A stretch of 64,000 nt of DNA from Candidatus Levybacteria bacterium RIFCSPLOWO2_02_FULL_37_18. Lineage in GTDB: Bacteria > Patescibacteriota > Microgenomatia > Levybacterales > UBA12049. The position numbers and the translations under genes were made by a program. Every line of letters starts with the position of its first letter. Position 1 is the stretch's first letter. The stretch covers positions 7,074 to 71,073 of the forward strand of contig MFPD01000005.1 in assembly GCA_001784115.1 (NCBI GenBank), given 5' to 3'. The notes beneath the pieces were generated by a model. It was not told where the DNA came from and did not search any database. It was given only the letters and a program-made list of their open reading frames with translations. Below, one piece after another: positions 9,364-20,100 of the stretch.

Positions 9364-12300
9364 CTATGGAGCTCCTGTATTCGGGCCGAAGCGGACAGCA
9401 CCATCATTCATAAGGAGTTTTATTTGGGTTGCGGTGAGGGCATAGTTGTAGATTCTGGCATCATCAATCTGGCCACTCATATAGCTTGTGGTAGTAATAG
9501 TTCTTGCACCAATTAACAAGTTTCCTGTGTCTGAGGTGGGGACTGTTCCGCTAAAACTTGCTGAAGCGACTTGCTTTCCATCCAGAAAAACTTTTAGGGT
9601 TGACCCATCAAGAGTACATAGCCCATGATACCAAGTGTTGTTGGATGAAATTACTCCAGTGGCTGTCGCAGTAACATGAGCTGATCCATTAAATACCTGA
9701 CACACGAGATTATTAGTATTTACGTAAAGACGGTAGACGACTCCCCAATGTGGGCTAACGTTTCCTGCTGAATGTTGTTTGTTGAGGATCTGTTGATATG
9801 TGGTGGCATTTGTAGTCCTAAACCATGCTCCGTAACTAGTATTGTTTCCAGGATTTAAGATCGAAGCATTTGCCATACTCACATAATCGTCCGTCCCGTC
9901 AAAGTTTAAAGAATAATTTCTTTTGCCTGTTACACCATTGCCCCAGGCTGTGGAGGAGGTGGGGCAGTTACCAATTGTTGTCTCGCTGCCTCCAGAACCT
10001 ACTGTTAAAGTCCCGGTATTACTATTCCCTGAAGAATCATTAATAACAGTTCCCTGGCATTCATCCATTTTGTAGTAGGCAACAGGAGCCCCTCTATTAT
10101 AATCCCAGGCAACTTGGGCCGCGGAGCGGGCATAGTTATATACTCTTACCTCGTCAATCTGACCATTAACGAACCTGCCATTAGCAGATTCATTTCCAAT
10201 TCTGGTAGTGCCTGTATTGGGAGCATCTGTGGCTGTACCGTTATCATCCTGAACTCCGTTAATATATAGTTTGGTAGCTCCAGCGCCAGTTCCAGATTTA
10301 GTTACTGCTACATGAACCCAAACATTAAGAGGTGGGGCATTGGCTGAAATTATGGTTTTTGTGCCATTAGAATTAGTTTGGAGCTTCAATACTCCTTCAA
10401 CAAAAAAATCAGTAAGTCCCTGCGAGAAAAACGTTTGAATACTTGTGCTACTTATTTTTATCCACGATTCAATTGTAAAAGCAGAACCAAGCAAAGTGGT
10501 AGGTGTAATACTGACAAAATCATCAGTGCCGTTAAAATTGCCGGCTGAACCGTGTTTTCCAGGTTTCCAATGAGGAGTGCCTGTCCCATTCCAAGTTCCA
10601 GTGTAACCATTTCCGCTTGTATCTATGACACTACTGCCACTTTTTTCCTCAAAATCCCATCTGCCAACTGGGGCTGTACAAGTAGTTGAATCTCCAGGAA
10701 TACAATACTCCTGATTTGCTGCATTTGGTTGGTAGGTTGAATTATCTGATAGTGCTCCTAAAACCAGATTAGAACCTCTGTTGTATTCCAGCTTTACCTC
10801 ATCAGCTGTGAGGGGATATGAATATACTTTAAACTCATCAATCTTGCCATCAAAATTAGCTGTGGTAGTACCACCAATTAACAAATTATTAGTATCTGCT
10901 GCTGGCGCACCAGAGCCATCTGTTGAAGTTCCTCTCAAGATGCCATTAATATAAATACTAATCTCATCATCACTATCATCTTCATACACAAGTAATATAT
11001 GGTTCCAGGAAGCAGTAGTAATAGGAGCAGAGATATTTAAGGTGGCATCGGTTGTGGCAAGGTCAAAAGAGGCTTGCACATCTAAATTTGACCCTGATTG
11101 GGAATCTACCCGAAGATAGGTAGTAGTACCTTTTTGAAAGATTTGGCCCACATCCCCTTCGCCATCTGTATCTGTATTAACCCAGGCAGAAAAAGTATAA
11201 GCACTTGTAGTATTAAGATCTATTGCGCTAGAGTTTGTGATAGTTACCACATCATCAGAACCATCAAAGTCCAGGGCTTTATCAAACTTACCAGAGAGTG
11301 AACGGGAAGCTGTTGAGGTTCCATCCAATGTAGTCCCATTACTGCCAGAATTACACACATCATTTGTGCCTCCACTACATCTATTATCTGCTCCTTCGTC
11401 AAATTTCCAGTAGGCAACAGGTCCTCCCCTGGCTCCACCAGTTGTTGATCCTCCACTGCTTCCTGCATATACCCCAGGATGCCCTGCCCCCATGTCTTCT
11501 ATAACTTGTTTTTGGGTCCGGGCATAAGCATACATCTTAAAATCATCAATTTTGCCATCAAAGTTGTCAGTAGTAGTGCCTCCAATTAAAAGATTATTGG
11601 TATCTGCGGCAGGAGCCCCAGAACCGTCAGTACTTGAACCTCTATTTACCCCATCAATATAGATCGTAATCTCATCATCACTGTCATCTTCGTAGGTAAC
11701 TGCAATATGGTGCCAGGTGTTGGTAGTAATGGGGGCGGAGATATTTAAGGTAGCATCAGTTGTGGCAAGATCCAGCTGCGCTTCAACATCAAGGTTTGCG
11801 CCTGATAAGGTATCTACCCGTAGGAAAGTAGTGGCTCCTTTTTGATAGATCTGACCACCCGAACCTTCTCCTGCAGAATCTGCGTATACCCAGGCTTCAA
11901 AGGTATAGGCAGAGTTTGTATTAAGATCTATAGCAGAGGCATTGGTAATAGTATTGACATCATCAGTCCCGTCATAATCCAAGCTTGCGCCAAACTTTCC
12001 TGGTTTCCAGGTAGCACCAGTGATAGTCCCAGTGTTAGCATTTCCAGAAGAATCATTAGCAGAAGTACCAGTTTTTTCATCCATTTTCCAATATCCAACT
12101 GGCCCTGGGGCAAAGTTGTAGAGGGAAGTGCGTTCTGCAGCAGAAAGGACTTTTTTATAAAAACGGACTTCTTCAATTCTGCCGTTCCAAGGTTGTTGAG
12201 AAGTATTCAGTCCGCCAATTACAAAGGCCGAACCGCTGTCTCTTACTCCAGTAGTATGTGCCAGACTATCTACAGTGCCATTGTTGACTTGGATATTCAG

Positions 12301-14001
12301 TGTGTTATTAACCGAATCATGCCAAACCATAATAAAGTGCCAGGTAGATGTTGAAGGACTTCCAAAACTGCTTGCTTCTAAGTTGGTTTGCGATCCCCCA
12401 GAAGGAAAAACTACAAACCTGAAACGATCACTTGATTGAAGATATTGAATGGCAAAATCATAACCAGATCCCGTGTCATTCCACTTACCTACCGCAACAT
12501 GATCGGTTGATTTGGTATCCATATAAACCCATGCTGAAATTGTAAAATCGATATCTCCAGTTGATACAGTTGAATTATCAGCAATACTCAAAGTTTCAGT
12601 ATTTGCAGAAGTAAACTGACCAGCATTACCAAACTTGCCCGGATTAGCTGTGACAGTATTGTTGTCAGTAAGAGTATTACCGTTTCCTGAAGAATCAGAT
12701 CTATTTCCAGATGCTTCATCCATCTTCCAGTAGCCTACTAATCCATCAGAAAGACTAGATTGCTTCGCTCCGCTCGCAATGACGCCGCCGCCGGAGTTGA
12801 AAGAGGAGCCTTCATTATTTGCTCTTGAGTTATAATCAGCCTTGATCTGGTCAGCAGTACGGGCATAGGGGTAGATTTTAGGTTCGTCCACGAAGCCCTT
12901 AAATGGAAAGACTACATTCGAATCATTTTCATTACCATCATTTCGATTTGATCCAATACGTAGCTTACCATTGTTCGAAACGTTCCTAACTGTAAGCCCT
13001 GTCGATGTTTGTCGTAACTTTCCATCAAGGTAAATAAGTATGCTTGTTCCTGTGCGAACACCAGTAATTTGATGCCAATTCGAATCATTAACTGAGTTAG
13101 CACCAATACCAGAATAACTATCACTTACATTTGCTGTATATAAGATAATGTCATTGTTCGTATCGATATATACAGAGTAATCTCCGTTCGTATAAGAAGT
13201 AGTGTCTTTTTTATTAATAAGATCTTGTCTAGTGCCAAAGTTACCTGTTCTTCTAAACCAAAGTTGAATAGTGAAATCTCCAGTGCCAAGGTCTAGACTG
13301 TTCGCGTCATTTACCTTTACAAAATCATCCGTACCATCAAACAGTAAGCATTTACCAGAGATACACATATCCTCAGTCTGCCAGGTGGGACTATTAGTCA
13401 AGGTGCCGTCGTTGTTGTTAGTTGTTGAATCTTGGGCTGTTGTGCCGGTGCCGTCGTCAAACTTCCAGTAAGCTACAGGAGAAGTTGCTTTTTCTTCAGA
13501 TCCAGCAGAAGCTGCTCCACCTGAGGGGGTAGTGGTAGCATCTGAGAAATCTGCAGCTTGGGTGCCATTTGCAGCAGAAGGGTTACCATAATACATGTAG
13601 ATTAAATTAGAGCCATTAATAATTGATGGCATTAAAACATCAAAATCAGTTGAGGCATCGTCACAAGGTCCTGAGGCTGAGTCCAAGTAATATTTGAGTA
13701 TCTTACCATTAGGATCAGTAAATCTCACATCTCCACAATCATCCTGAAAAGTAGTTGGTGAACCAGTTGTATCAATATCAAACTCTACTTGAGTAGGTGT
13801 TGAAACAGCAGCATTATGAGTAAAAGTTACAGCTTTTCTAAAAGCCCAATTATCATCAAACCAGGCAGCAGAGACCTTTTTAGGATTTAAAAATATAAAC
13901 CCAATCCCAGTACCGGATAAAATAAGGAAACCAATTAAATAGGTAATGAGAGCTCTCTTGGTTAATTTAATGAAACCTTGTTGAAATTGCCTTTTTGTCA
14001 T
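9364..14001 (-). CDS. giant surface protein (about 1545 aa from ATG 14001; ORF open to 14166): N-terminal TM anchor then at least 6 LamG/Concanavalin-A-like lectin repeats; contains in-frame palindromic element and an internal tandem duplication
   Basis: repeated (A/G)YWK(M/F)DE...DSSGNGNTGT...W.PGKFG Laminin_G_3-type modules; TM LITYLIGFLILSGTGIGFIFL; ATGACA start lies inside a TGTCAT element. Confidence 0.8.
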   Translation of the reverse strand: MTKRQFQQGFIKLTKRALITYLIGFLILSGTGIGFIFLNPKKVSAAWFDDNWAFRKAVTFTHNAAVSTPTQVEFDIDTTGSPTTFQDDCGDVRFTDPNGKILKYYLDSASGPCDDASTDFDVLMPSIINGSNLIYMYYGNPSAANGTQAADFSDATTTPSGGAASAGSEEKATSPVAYWKFDDGTGTTAQDSTTNNNDGTLTNSPTWQTEDMCISGKCLLFDGTDDFVKVNDANSLDLGTGDFTIQLWFRRTGNFGTRQDLINKKDTTSYTNGDYSVYIDTNNDIILYTANVSDSYSGIGANSVNDSNWHQITGVRTGTSILIYLDGKLRQTSTGLTVRNVSNNGKLRIGSNRNDGNENDSNVVFPFKGFVDEPKIYPYARTADQIKADYNSRANNEGSSFNSGGGVIASGAKQSSLSDGLVGYWKMDEASGNRSDSSGNGNTLTDNNTVTANPGKFGNAGQFTSANTETLSIADNSTVSTGDIDFTISAWVYMDTKSTDHVAVGKWNDTGSGYDFAIQYLQSSDRFRFVVFPSGGSQTNLEASSFGSPSTSTWHFIMVWHDSVNNTLNIQVNNGTVDSLAHTTGVRDSGSAFVIGGLNTSQQPWNGRIEEVRFYKKVLSAAERTSLYNFAPGPVGYWKMDEKTGTSANDSSGNANTGTITGATWKPGKFGASLDYDGTDDVNTITNASAIDLNTNSAYTFEAWVYADSAGEGSGGQIYQKGATTFLRVDTLSGANLDVEAQLDLATTDATLNISAPITTNTWHHIAVTYEDDSDDEITIYIDGVNRGSSTDGSGAPAADTNNLLIGGTTTDNFDGKIDDFKMYAYARTQKQVIEDMGAGHPGVYAGSSGGSTTGGARGGPVAYWKFDEGADNRCSGGTNDVCNSGSNGTTLDGTSTASRSLSGKFDKALDFDGSDDVVTITNSSAIDLNTTSAYTFSAWVNTDTDGEGDVGQIFQKGTTTYLRVDSQSGSNLDVQASFDLATTDATLNISAPITTASWNHILLVYEDDSDDEISIYINGILRGTSTDGSGAPAADTNNLLIGGTTTANFDGKIDEFKVYSYPLTADEVKLEYNRGSNLVLGALSDNSTYQPNAANQEYCIPGDSTTCTAPVGRWDFEEKSGSSVIDTSGNGYTGTWNGTGTPHWKPGKHGSAGNFNGTDDFVSITPTTLLGSAFTIESWIKISSTSIQTFFSQGLTDFFVEGVLKLQTNSNGTKTIISANAPPLNVWVHVAVTKSGTGAGATKLYINGVQDDNGTATDAPNTGTTRIGNESANGRFVNGQIDEVRVYNYARSAAQVAWDYNRGAPVAYYKMDECQGTVINDSSGNSNTGTLTVGSGGSETTIGNCPTSSTAWGNGVTGKRNYSLNFDGTDDYVSMANASILNPGNNTSYGAWFRTTNATTYQQILNKQHSAGNVSPHWGVVYRLYVNTNNLVCQVFNGSAHVTATATGVISSNNTWYHGLCTLDGSTLKVFLDGKQVASASFSGTVPTSDTGNLLIGARTITTTSYMSGQIDDARIYNYALTATQIKLLMNDGAVRFGPNTGAP
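10830..11990. repeat. intragenic tandem duplication (two copies of about 700 bp, about 75% nt identity) inside the LamG giant gene
   Basis: 10830-11275 aligns with 11536-11985; encoded blocks YDGTDDVNTITNASAIDLNT...NLLIGGTTTDNFDGKIDDFK and FDGSDDVVTITNSSAIDLNT...NLLIGGTTTANFDGKIDEFK. Confidence 0.8.
12757..12783. repeat. half palindromic element (agattgcttcgctccgctcgcaatgac) in frame in the giant LamG gene (encodes VIASGAKQSS)
   Basis: CTCGCAATGAC terminus plus GATTGCTTCG inner arm. Confidence 0.7.
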
Positions 14002-14124
14002 TCCCGACCTGATCGGGAATCTATATAAATATTTGTATGGATTCCGTGTCAAGCACGGAATGACAAGGAATCTAGATTGCTTCGCTAGCGCTCGGAATGA
14101 CAGAAAGATTACTCGGAATGACAT
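13997..14124. repeat. cluster of 3-4 TGTCAT...ATGACA palindromic elements (CATTCCCG/CGGGAATG, CGGAATGAC variants) between giant genes; supplies the ATGACA start of the LamG gene
   Basis: gtcattcccgacctgatcgggaatc..., cggaatgacaag, gattgcttcgctagcgctcggaatgacag, ctcggaatgacatt. Confidence 0.7.
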
Positions 14125-14190
14125 TGTTTTAACCCTTGACAAAAGTTTGTTCATAAAATTGACCAATTTATATTGGTAGTTAAAATAGAA

Positions 14191-17100
14191 TTAATTCACT
14201 ATCCACCAATTAACTTTCAACTTTTCCTCAAGAGCTTCGGGGATGCGGATTTCGAAAGTGTTAGTATTTATTTTTTGGGTTGAAACTGCTGCTGGCGTTG
14301 TGTCGGGCGTGGCAAAAATTAGGGAGTTGGGAGTAAGAGCGGTTGTTTTGATTTGGACAGATGTAAGGCCTGCGCTAATGGTAGCAATTCCGGCGCTTGC
14401 AGAGAGAGCATCTGATGTATCAATCTGTATCTTTACAGTTGTTATAATACCTTTTGTGAACAGATTTCCATTGGTGTCAATAGCCAGGGTGTTAAGGGTT
14501 AAGGGTCCGGTAAGGGTAGATATATTTGCGTTTAGACCATCTATGGAAAGCAATCCTGCTTGAACTGTTCCTGTTATGCCAACATTTGAAAGAAGTGTCC
14601 TGCCCAAAACAGTCAGCGTACCGGAGAGGGTGGCAGATTCAGAAAACTCAGAACGACTCAGAAGGTCAGAAATATCTGATGATCTGATATTCAGACTACC
14701 TGATTCACTGGATATCTGAGTATTCCGAGTATTCTGAATTGCCGTAAGGCTTGCGACTTTTTCTTCCAGGCTTGCAAGGCGGACAAGCATACTGCTTATG
14801 TCATTGCGAGGAGCGGAAACACCTCCGAGGTGTGCTTCTGCTGGAACTTCACCTCGGAGGTGAGCGCTATTACTCGCAGTGACAGAGAAGGTGTCGGATA
14901 GTGCGATATCGAGATCCCCGCTTCCGGTGAATTGAATATTCGGATCATACCACGATACTCCCAAAAGCGTATTCACCCGATCTTTACCTTCCGAATCTTC
15001 CAGCGCTCTTCCCACCACCCATCCTTTTTTAGTGGCTTTTTTTGCAACTCCGGGTGTAGAACTATATGTCAAAAAATCTCTTGGTTTTAATGTTCCGGAC
15101 TGGGTTGATACTTTAACTCGTAATTGTCCTGTCAGCCCGACCAGAACATAATTATCATCATTTTCATGCCCGCCGGCTCCGACAAATCCGGCCTGGTCAG
15201 AAAAAATACCGAGTATTTGATTTTCTTTCTCCGAACACTTAACTGCCCCGCCATCTTCATCCAAGCAAATGAGATCCCCGGGACTCATATTTGTGTCAAT
15301 TAGTGTTCCATCGCTATTTGTGGTATTTCGTGTTTTTCTAAAGTATTCTGCAAAGTCTCCGCCGTTGGTGTCGTATGTCACACTATTTTGGGTTCCATTT
15401 CCCCGTATTTTTCCTGCGATACTGCTGTTGCCGGTTAAGAATGCCACAAAATAATTTGTGGTTGTTGGAGTAAGGGTTCCGACTTTAAGCGCTAAGACAT
15501 CCGCATCTGAATTAACAGAAGAATTGGAAATAAAAGCAGAAACAGTGGCATTATTTGTTCCTTCTGCCAAAATGGCATAATTGGTTGTCGCTCCGGAAGC
15601 AGAAGCGTACAAAGCAACATTAGTCGATGTCGTTCCAGTGTTTGTTACATCAGAGTAGAGGCCATAAGCGGTGTGGGAGGCATTAGCATTTGCACCAGAA
15701 CGAGATAGATTGATTAACTTTGAATTGCCTGATGCTCCTCCTGTTGTAGCAGTAGAGGCGATATCCAGTCCTGTTCCAGTGGTTAATCCATCAACAGATA
15801 AAGACATAGTATTAGCAGTGGATACTGAATCTGCAGTTAAACTCCAGGGAGAAGTAGTAGTACCTGTGAATGTTTGAGAATATGTTCCTTGTCCTGAGGT
15901 TAAAGCTACAGCTCCAATTGATAATAATCCATGGGTAGTGCCTGTTGCTCCAGTTAAAGCAGAAGTTGTTGAAGTATCAGACGCACCATTACCACCTCCA
16001 CCTCCGGATGCCACAGAAGCAGTATTTCCAGCTGAACCATTACCATTTCCACAGCCAGTTGTACCAGAACCAGCAGGATTACCAGCACCTCCACCACCAC
16101 CATAACTATAGGTAACACAACTACCACCATTACCTCCAGCTCCCACAGTGGTATTAGCACTGCCCCCTGTGACAGTCACAGTACCAGCAGTCACTGTACC
16201 CCCATTTAACCAAGCTGTGCCTCCAGCTCCTCCGCCTCCGGGAGCAGCCCCGGCTCCACCACCACCTTGGTTGACACCACCATCTCCAGCTCCTCCATCA
16301 CTACCGGCATTTCCTCCCACAGTCACGGTTCCTGAATTGGAGATAGTACCTGAGGTGTTTATCACAATAATACCTCCACCAGCTCCACCAGCACCACCTG
16401 TACCACCTGCGCCACCGGTTGAGCTGGCATAACCCTTACCCCCACCTGCGCCACCCCCACCCCCACCCCCACCAGATCCCATTACTATTCTTAAGGTAAT
16501 GGTGGGAGTGCCAATAGCTGAAGCTGCGCTACCTGCAGAGCCAATTGCTCCAGTGCCACCAGCAACAGCAGGAGAATTTCCTCCATTAACTGCACTTCCA
16601 GCACCCCCGTCTGTTCCAGCAGTAGCATTACCTCCGCCTGCTCCCATGCCGGCAGTTCCACCAGCACCTGATCCTCCAAGACCGCAGCCTCCTCCTGACC
16701 CTCCATCAATACCGCCGGCATTAGTGGCCACCCCACCTCCGCCTCCTGAAGCTGGTCCATTCCCACTGCTGCCGGCAGTTCCTGATCCGGCAGTTCTGCT
16801 CCCTCCGCACTCAGTTGTTCCTCCCGCTCCTCCGGCCCCGCCTGATCCTCCTGTATATCCTTTTCCAGCCATAGTGACAGTTCCGCCTGGGTTAATGGTA
16901 ACAGTGCCATTTGTCTCAAACCATAATATTCCTCCTACTCCTGTTGAGGTTGACCAGGCTGGGGCTGTTAATGTTCCAGTACCTGTGACTGTGACTGATG
17001 AATATTGAGGAACTCTGACTACCTGGAAACAGGCAGTATCAGAAGAGTTACATCTGTTAACTGTGGTTTGGGTATAGGTGTTATCTAAATTGCTGTCTAC

Positions 17101-20100
17101 TGTTATTTGAGTGGCGGAATCGACAGAGCTAATATACTTTTTATCGTATAATCCTACATTAGCAGTAGTTCCATGTTTCATCTGCATGATTAAGACTATG
17201 TCATTGGCAGTAAGTCCTGTGGTTGAGGCAACAGTCACTGCTTTTTGACCTGAGGAAACAGTCCCGGAAGTAGCTCCTGTGGTAGCTGTGGAATTAATAG
17301 TGGTTGACCCAGACACAGATAAGGCTCCATCAGAGTTGATCCCCGATGGAGGATCAGCTTCAGTTGTATCAATTCTTCCAACATTAGTTCCAGTTGAGTT
17401 TTGGAAATAGATTCCGGAATTATTACCATCACCAGAGGTAGAACCAGTTGCCCTGACATTCGTGTTGTTATTAATTCCAGCAAAGTAATTATTTGCTAAA
17501 AGCGCACCATTATTAGTAAGCCGAAGTTGTGTAACTCCTGATGAACTTGCTGTTAGTAAATCGCCTGTTGTATTGTCTATCTGAAAAGCTGCCCATGATG
17601 TTCGGGCAGAGATACTTGCAACAGGCTGGGTACCGGACTGAGCAGAACCGTACATGTGGAATGTTGCAGCTGAGGTTGATGTTCCGCCAATTAAAAGATC
17701 CTGGGTGACGATGCTAGGCGATAGAGTCCCGCTTGCTTGATTCCAAAGGTTTAATAATTGTGAACCATTGGAATAAATTGTCTGGCCGTAGATATTTCTA
17801 AATTGCACGCTTGAAGTTCCCAAATCAGTTACGTTGGTAGTATTGGGTCTGACAACTCCAGCTGCTCCAGCATTTGAGGGGTTAAAAAGTATATCACCGG
17901 TGGTTGAACCGCCAATGGTTAGGGTGTTGTTTGCTGTTGTCTGGATAGAACTTGCGCCTGTTCTAAAATTAAGACTTGATGAGACTGATGCAGCTCCGGC
18001 TACATCGAGTGCTGCTGTTGGAACTCCTGTCTGGATTCCTAAATTCCCTGCATTTGTCAAAACAAGCCGGGTTGTGCCAGAAGCTGAGGCTGTGAATATG
18101 TCTGTGCTTTCGGTCTGGTTAAAAATTGCCAAAGCTTTTCCTAACACGCCGCCTGCTTCATTAACACCTGAAGTTAAATAAAATGTGCCGATATTAGCAG
18201 GCGGGTAAGCGCCATTCCCGCCAACAACAAGTTGCGCAGCAATTGTTGCAGCTTTATTTATCACAAAACTTTCTGCACTTACGATTACACTGCCTTTATT
18301 GTAAGCAGCCAAAGTTAAATCAGTTGAATTAAATACTTCGCCTGCTTGGATATAAAGGGGTGCTTGGGATTTGATAAAATTAGAAGTTGGGTTTGTAAAT
18401 ACAAGATCATACGCAAGACTTACATCTCCGGGAGCTGTTTCAGATAATGGTAGGGAAGTGGTAATACCTGTTTCTGATATGGCAAAAATAGATGAGCCCG
18501 AATCCAGAATATTAAATAAGTTGCCTGTGGTTGTGCCATTTGAGCCAATATTTAAAGCAAACAAATCTCCGGTTGCAGTTGTTGAAGACCCCGGCGACCA
18601 GTCGATATTAACAAATGTTCCCACCCCTGCTGTTCCGGTAAGCGATGTAGCAGTTGAGCGAATATCAAGAAGGGTTCCTGTAGTTAAGGTATTTGAAGAG
18701 CCTGTTGAGAGCTGGGCAAGCTTGCCTGTGGTTAATGATGAAGAACTTTCGTAAATTCCTGTTCCTGATGTTAAGGAATTTCCGGTAAAGACCCATGAGC
18801 CTGAAGTGGTTGTTCCGGTTGCATTTGAGGAAGTAAATGTCTGAGCGCCTGTGCCTGATGTAAAATTCAAAGCAGTAGCAGAGGTTGAATTACCAATTGT
18901 AATATTTCTTTGCGTTGCATCATTGCCAATATTAATGGTGCCTGTTGTTGTACCGCCAATGGTAAGAGTATTCATCTGAGTGGTTTGAATGGTGCCTGTC
19001 CCATTTCTAAAGTTGAGTGAACTGGAAATGCTGGCTGTGCCTGCTACATCCAACATGGCAGTGGGAAGAGGTACATTTCCAATTCCAACATTTCCGTTGT
19101 TTCGGATAACAAACTGCGGGACACCGGATGAGGAAGCGGTAAAGAGTGGACCAACACCTCTGTTGTCAATTTGAAATCCTGCAAAAGAGGTATTGGCTGA
19201 TACAGAAGCTGCTGGTTGTGTGCCACTTTGAGCTACTCCATATACGTGGAATTGAGCGGATGAAGAGGAGGTTCCGCCAATTAATAAATCAAGAGTGTTA
19301 TTTCTTTGGTTTAAAGCGCCGCTTGTAATATCAAACACACCACCGCCGTAAGTTGGCGAAATAACGCTTCCTTGCCAGACGCCTGTACTAATTGTTCCAA
19401 CAGAAGTCAAGGATGAACTTACAACAGCAGTTCCCAAAGTAGTTGCAGAGAGAACATCAGTTGCGTTAATTTGATAGGTTTTGCCGGTTGATAAGTTCAT
19501 GGTGCCGGTATTTAGTACTGTTCCCGAACCATTTAAAGGAGAAAGGGTAATATTGCCGGTTGTACTTCCTCCAATAGTTAGAGTATTGTTTCTTACAGAT
19601 TGGATTGAACCATCTCCCGAAAGAACCAATGCCTGTCCTGAAGCGTTTTGTGCTGACACAGATGCGGTAGGAGTGCCTGTTCCATTAAGATTTAACACTG
19701 CAAATTTTGAAGAGGAAGTTGCATTGCTGCCAAGTAAAAGATCTGCGGTTGTTTGGGTGGTAAAAAGCGAGCCACTGCCAATTTGCCAAAATCCAACAGT
19801 TCCTGAAGGCCCGGAAATGAGATTACCATTCAAATACAGATTTCGCCACATTAAAGCAGATGAGCCAAGATCAACTGCATTATTGGTAGATGGTGCTACA
19901 AAAGAAGCTGAAGTGCCATTGGCAGGAGCAAGCAAAATATTTCCGGTTGAACCACCGCCAATGGTAAGGGTTTGATTTTTGGTTGTCTGGATATTTCCTG
20001 CTGCATTTAAGGTTAGATCTCCGGAAACAGATGCTGTGGGAGTGCCACTATTGACATTGATGAAAGCAAATTTTGCTGAAGATGAAGAAGTGCCGCCGAT

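Noticed and set aside
16148-17008. Plus-strand ORFs 16148..16432 and 16499..17008 (Pro/Ala-rich, 94 and 169 aa)
   Set aside because: They lie antisense to the Gly-rich GGN-repeat block of the 2455-aa minus-strand gene. They are mirror-frame artefacts of high-GC repetitive coding sequence.
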